Source: Takakia lepidozioides
Lineage: Eukaryota > Plantae > Bryophyta
Assembly: GCA_030704615.1 (NCBI GenBank)
Contig: CM060733.1
Span: 52,080,001 to 52,144,000, forward strand
Reading direction: 5' to 3'
Length of the DNA stretch: 64,000 bases
Every line of letters starts with the position of its first letter. Position 1 is the stretch's first letter. A program made the position numbers and the translations under genes. Positions 63,632 through 64,000 of this stretch are shown here, in pieces. A model generated the notes under the pieces. That model was not told the DNA's origin. It worked only from the letters and a program-made list of their open reading frames with translations, and did not search any database.

Positions 63632-64000
63632 GAGGTTTGCTATTTCATGAGCATGAGCGGCATGAGCGGCATGAGCGGCATGAGCAGATTAGTAACACAA
63701 TCGGTTTTCATGAGCAGAAGTACAAATTTCGAAAATAAAAAACAATAAAAAACAATAATTTAATGCAATGTGTCAGGAAAAACAAATATATTATTCGGCC
63801 CCTTGAAGGGAAAATTGCACTTTTGACAGTTGTGCTCCTGAAATTTCGTCTTCCGCTCATACCAATTCCCAGCGACATGTGCAAATATGGCGCCGAATTT
63901 CGCGGTAATAGGGTCCGTAACCTGAAAAAACGGCGACGTATTTCGCGGCAATAGGTCTCTCTGGCGAAAAATGGTGCCGAATTCCACGGCTATAGGTCCC
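63632..64000. mobile_element. Left (transposase-side) end of a second element-A-family MULE, running off the window end
   Basis: GAGGTTTGCTATTTCATGAGCATGAGCGGCATGAGC..., closely matching 31028-31380 across the available length. Confidence 0.93.

Overview
Eukaryotic, repeat-dense genomic DNA, most likely from a land plant (Dof-like gene, spliceosomal GT-AG introns, plant-type Ty3/gypsy, L1 and CRE-like retroelements; a non-seed plant is my guess only). The background is a scrambled mosaic of duplicated and inverted gene fragments (SNF2/RAD5-like helicase, RING, Dof-like) plus retroelements. The main discovery is a family of Mutator-like (MULE) DNA transposons, seen four times. Element A is 31028-43677 (8-bp TSD), element B is 48543-59088 (9-bp TSD), element C is a non-autonomous 2.7-kb derivative at 24871-27570 (9-bp TSD), and a second A-family copy starts at 63632. 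The two large elements carry a GCM-like/DDE/SWIM transposase head-to-head with a multi-exon gene encoding a ParB/Srx-like domain (WDGNHR) and a beta-class N6-adenine/N4-cytosine DNA-methyltransferase-like domain (DIPDG...DLxxGTG). Each also carries arrays of its own palindromic motif at equivalent non-coding positions. My hypothesis is a transposon-borne, parS-like self-recognition and epigenetic marking or anti-silencing system. Many frameshifts could be decay or long-read consensus errors; I cannot tell which from this window.
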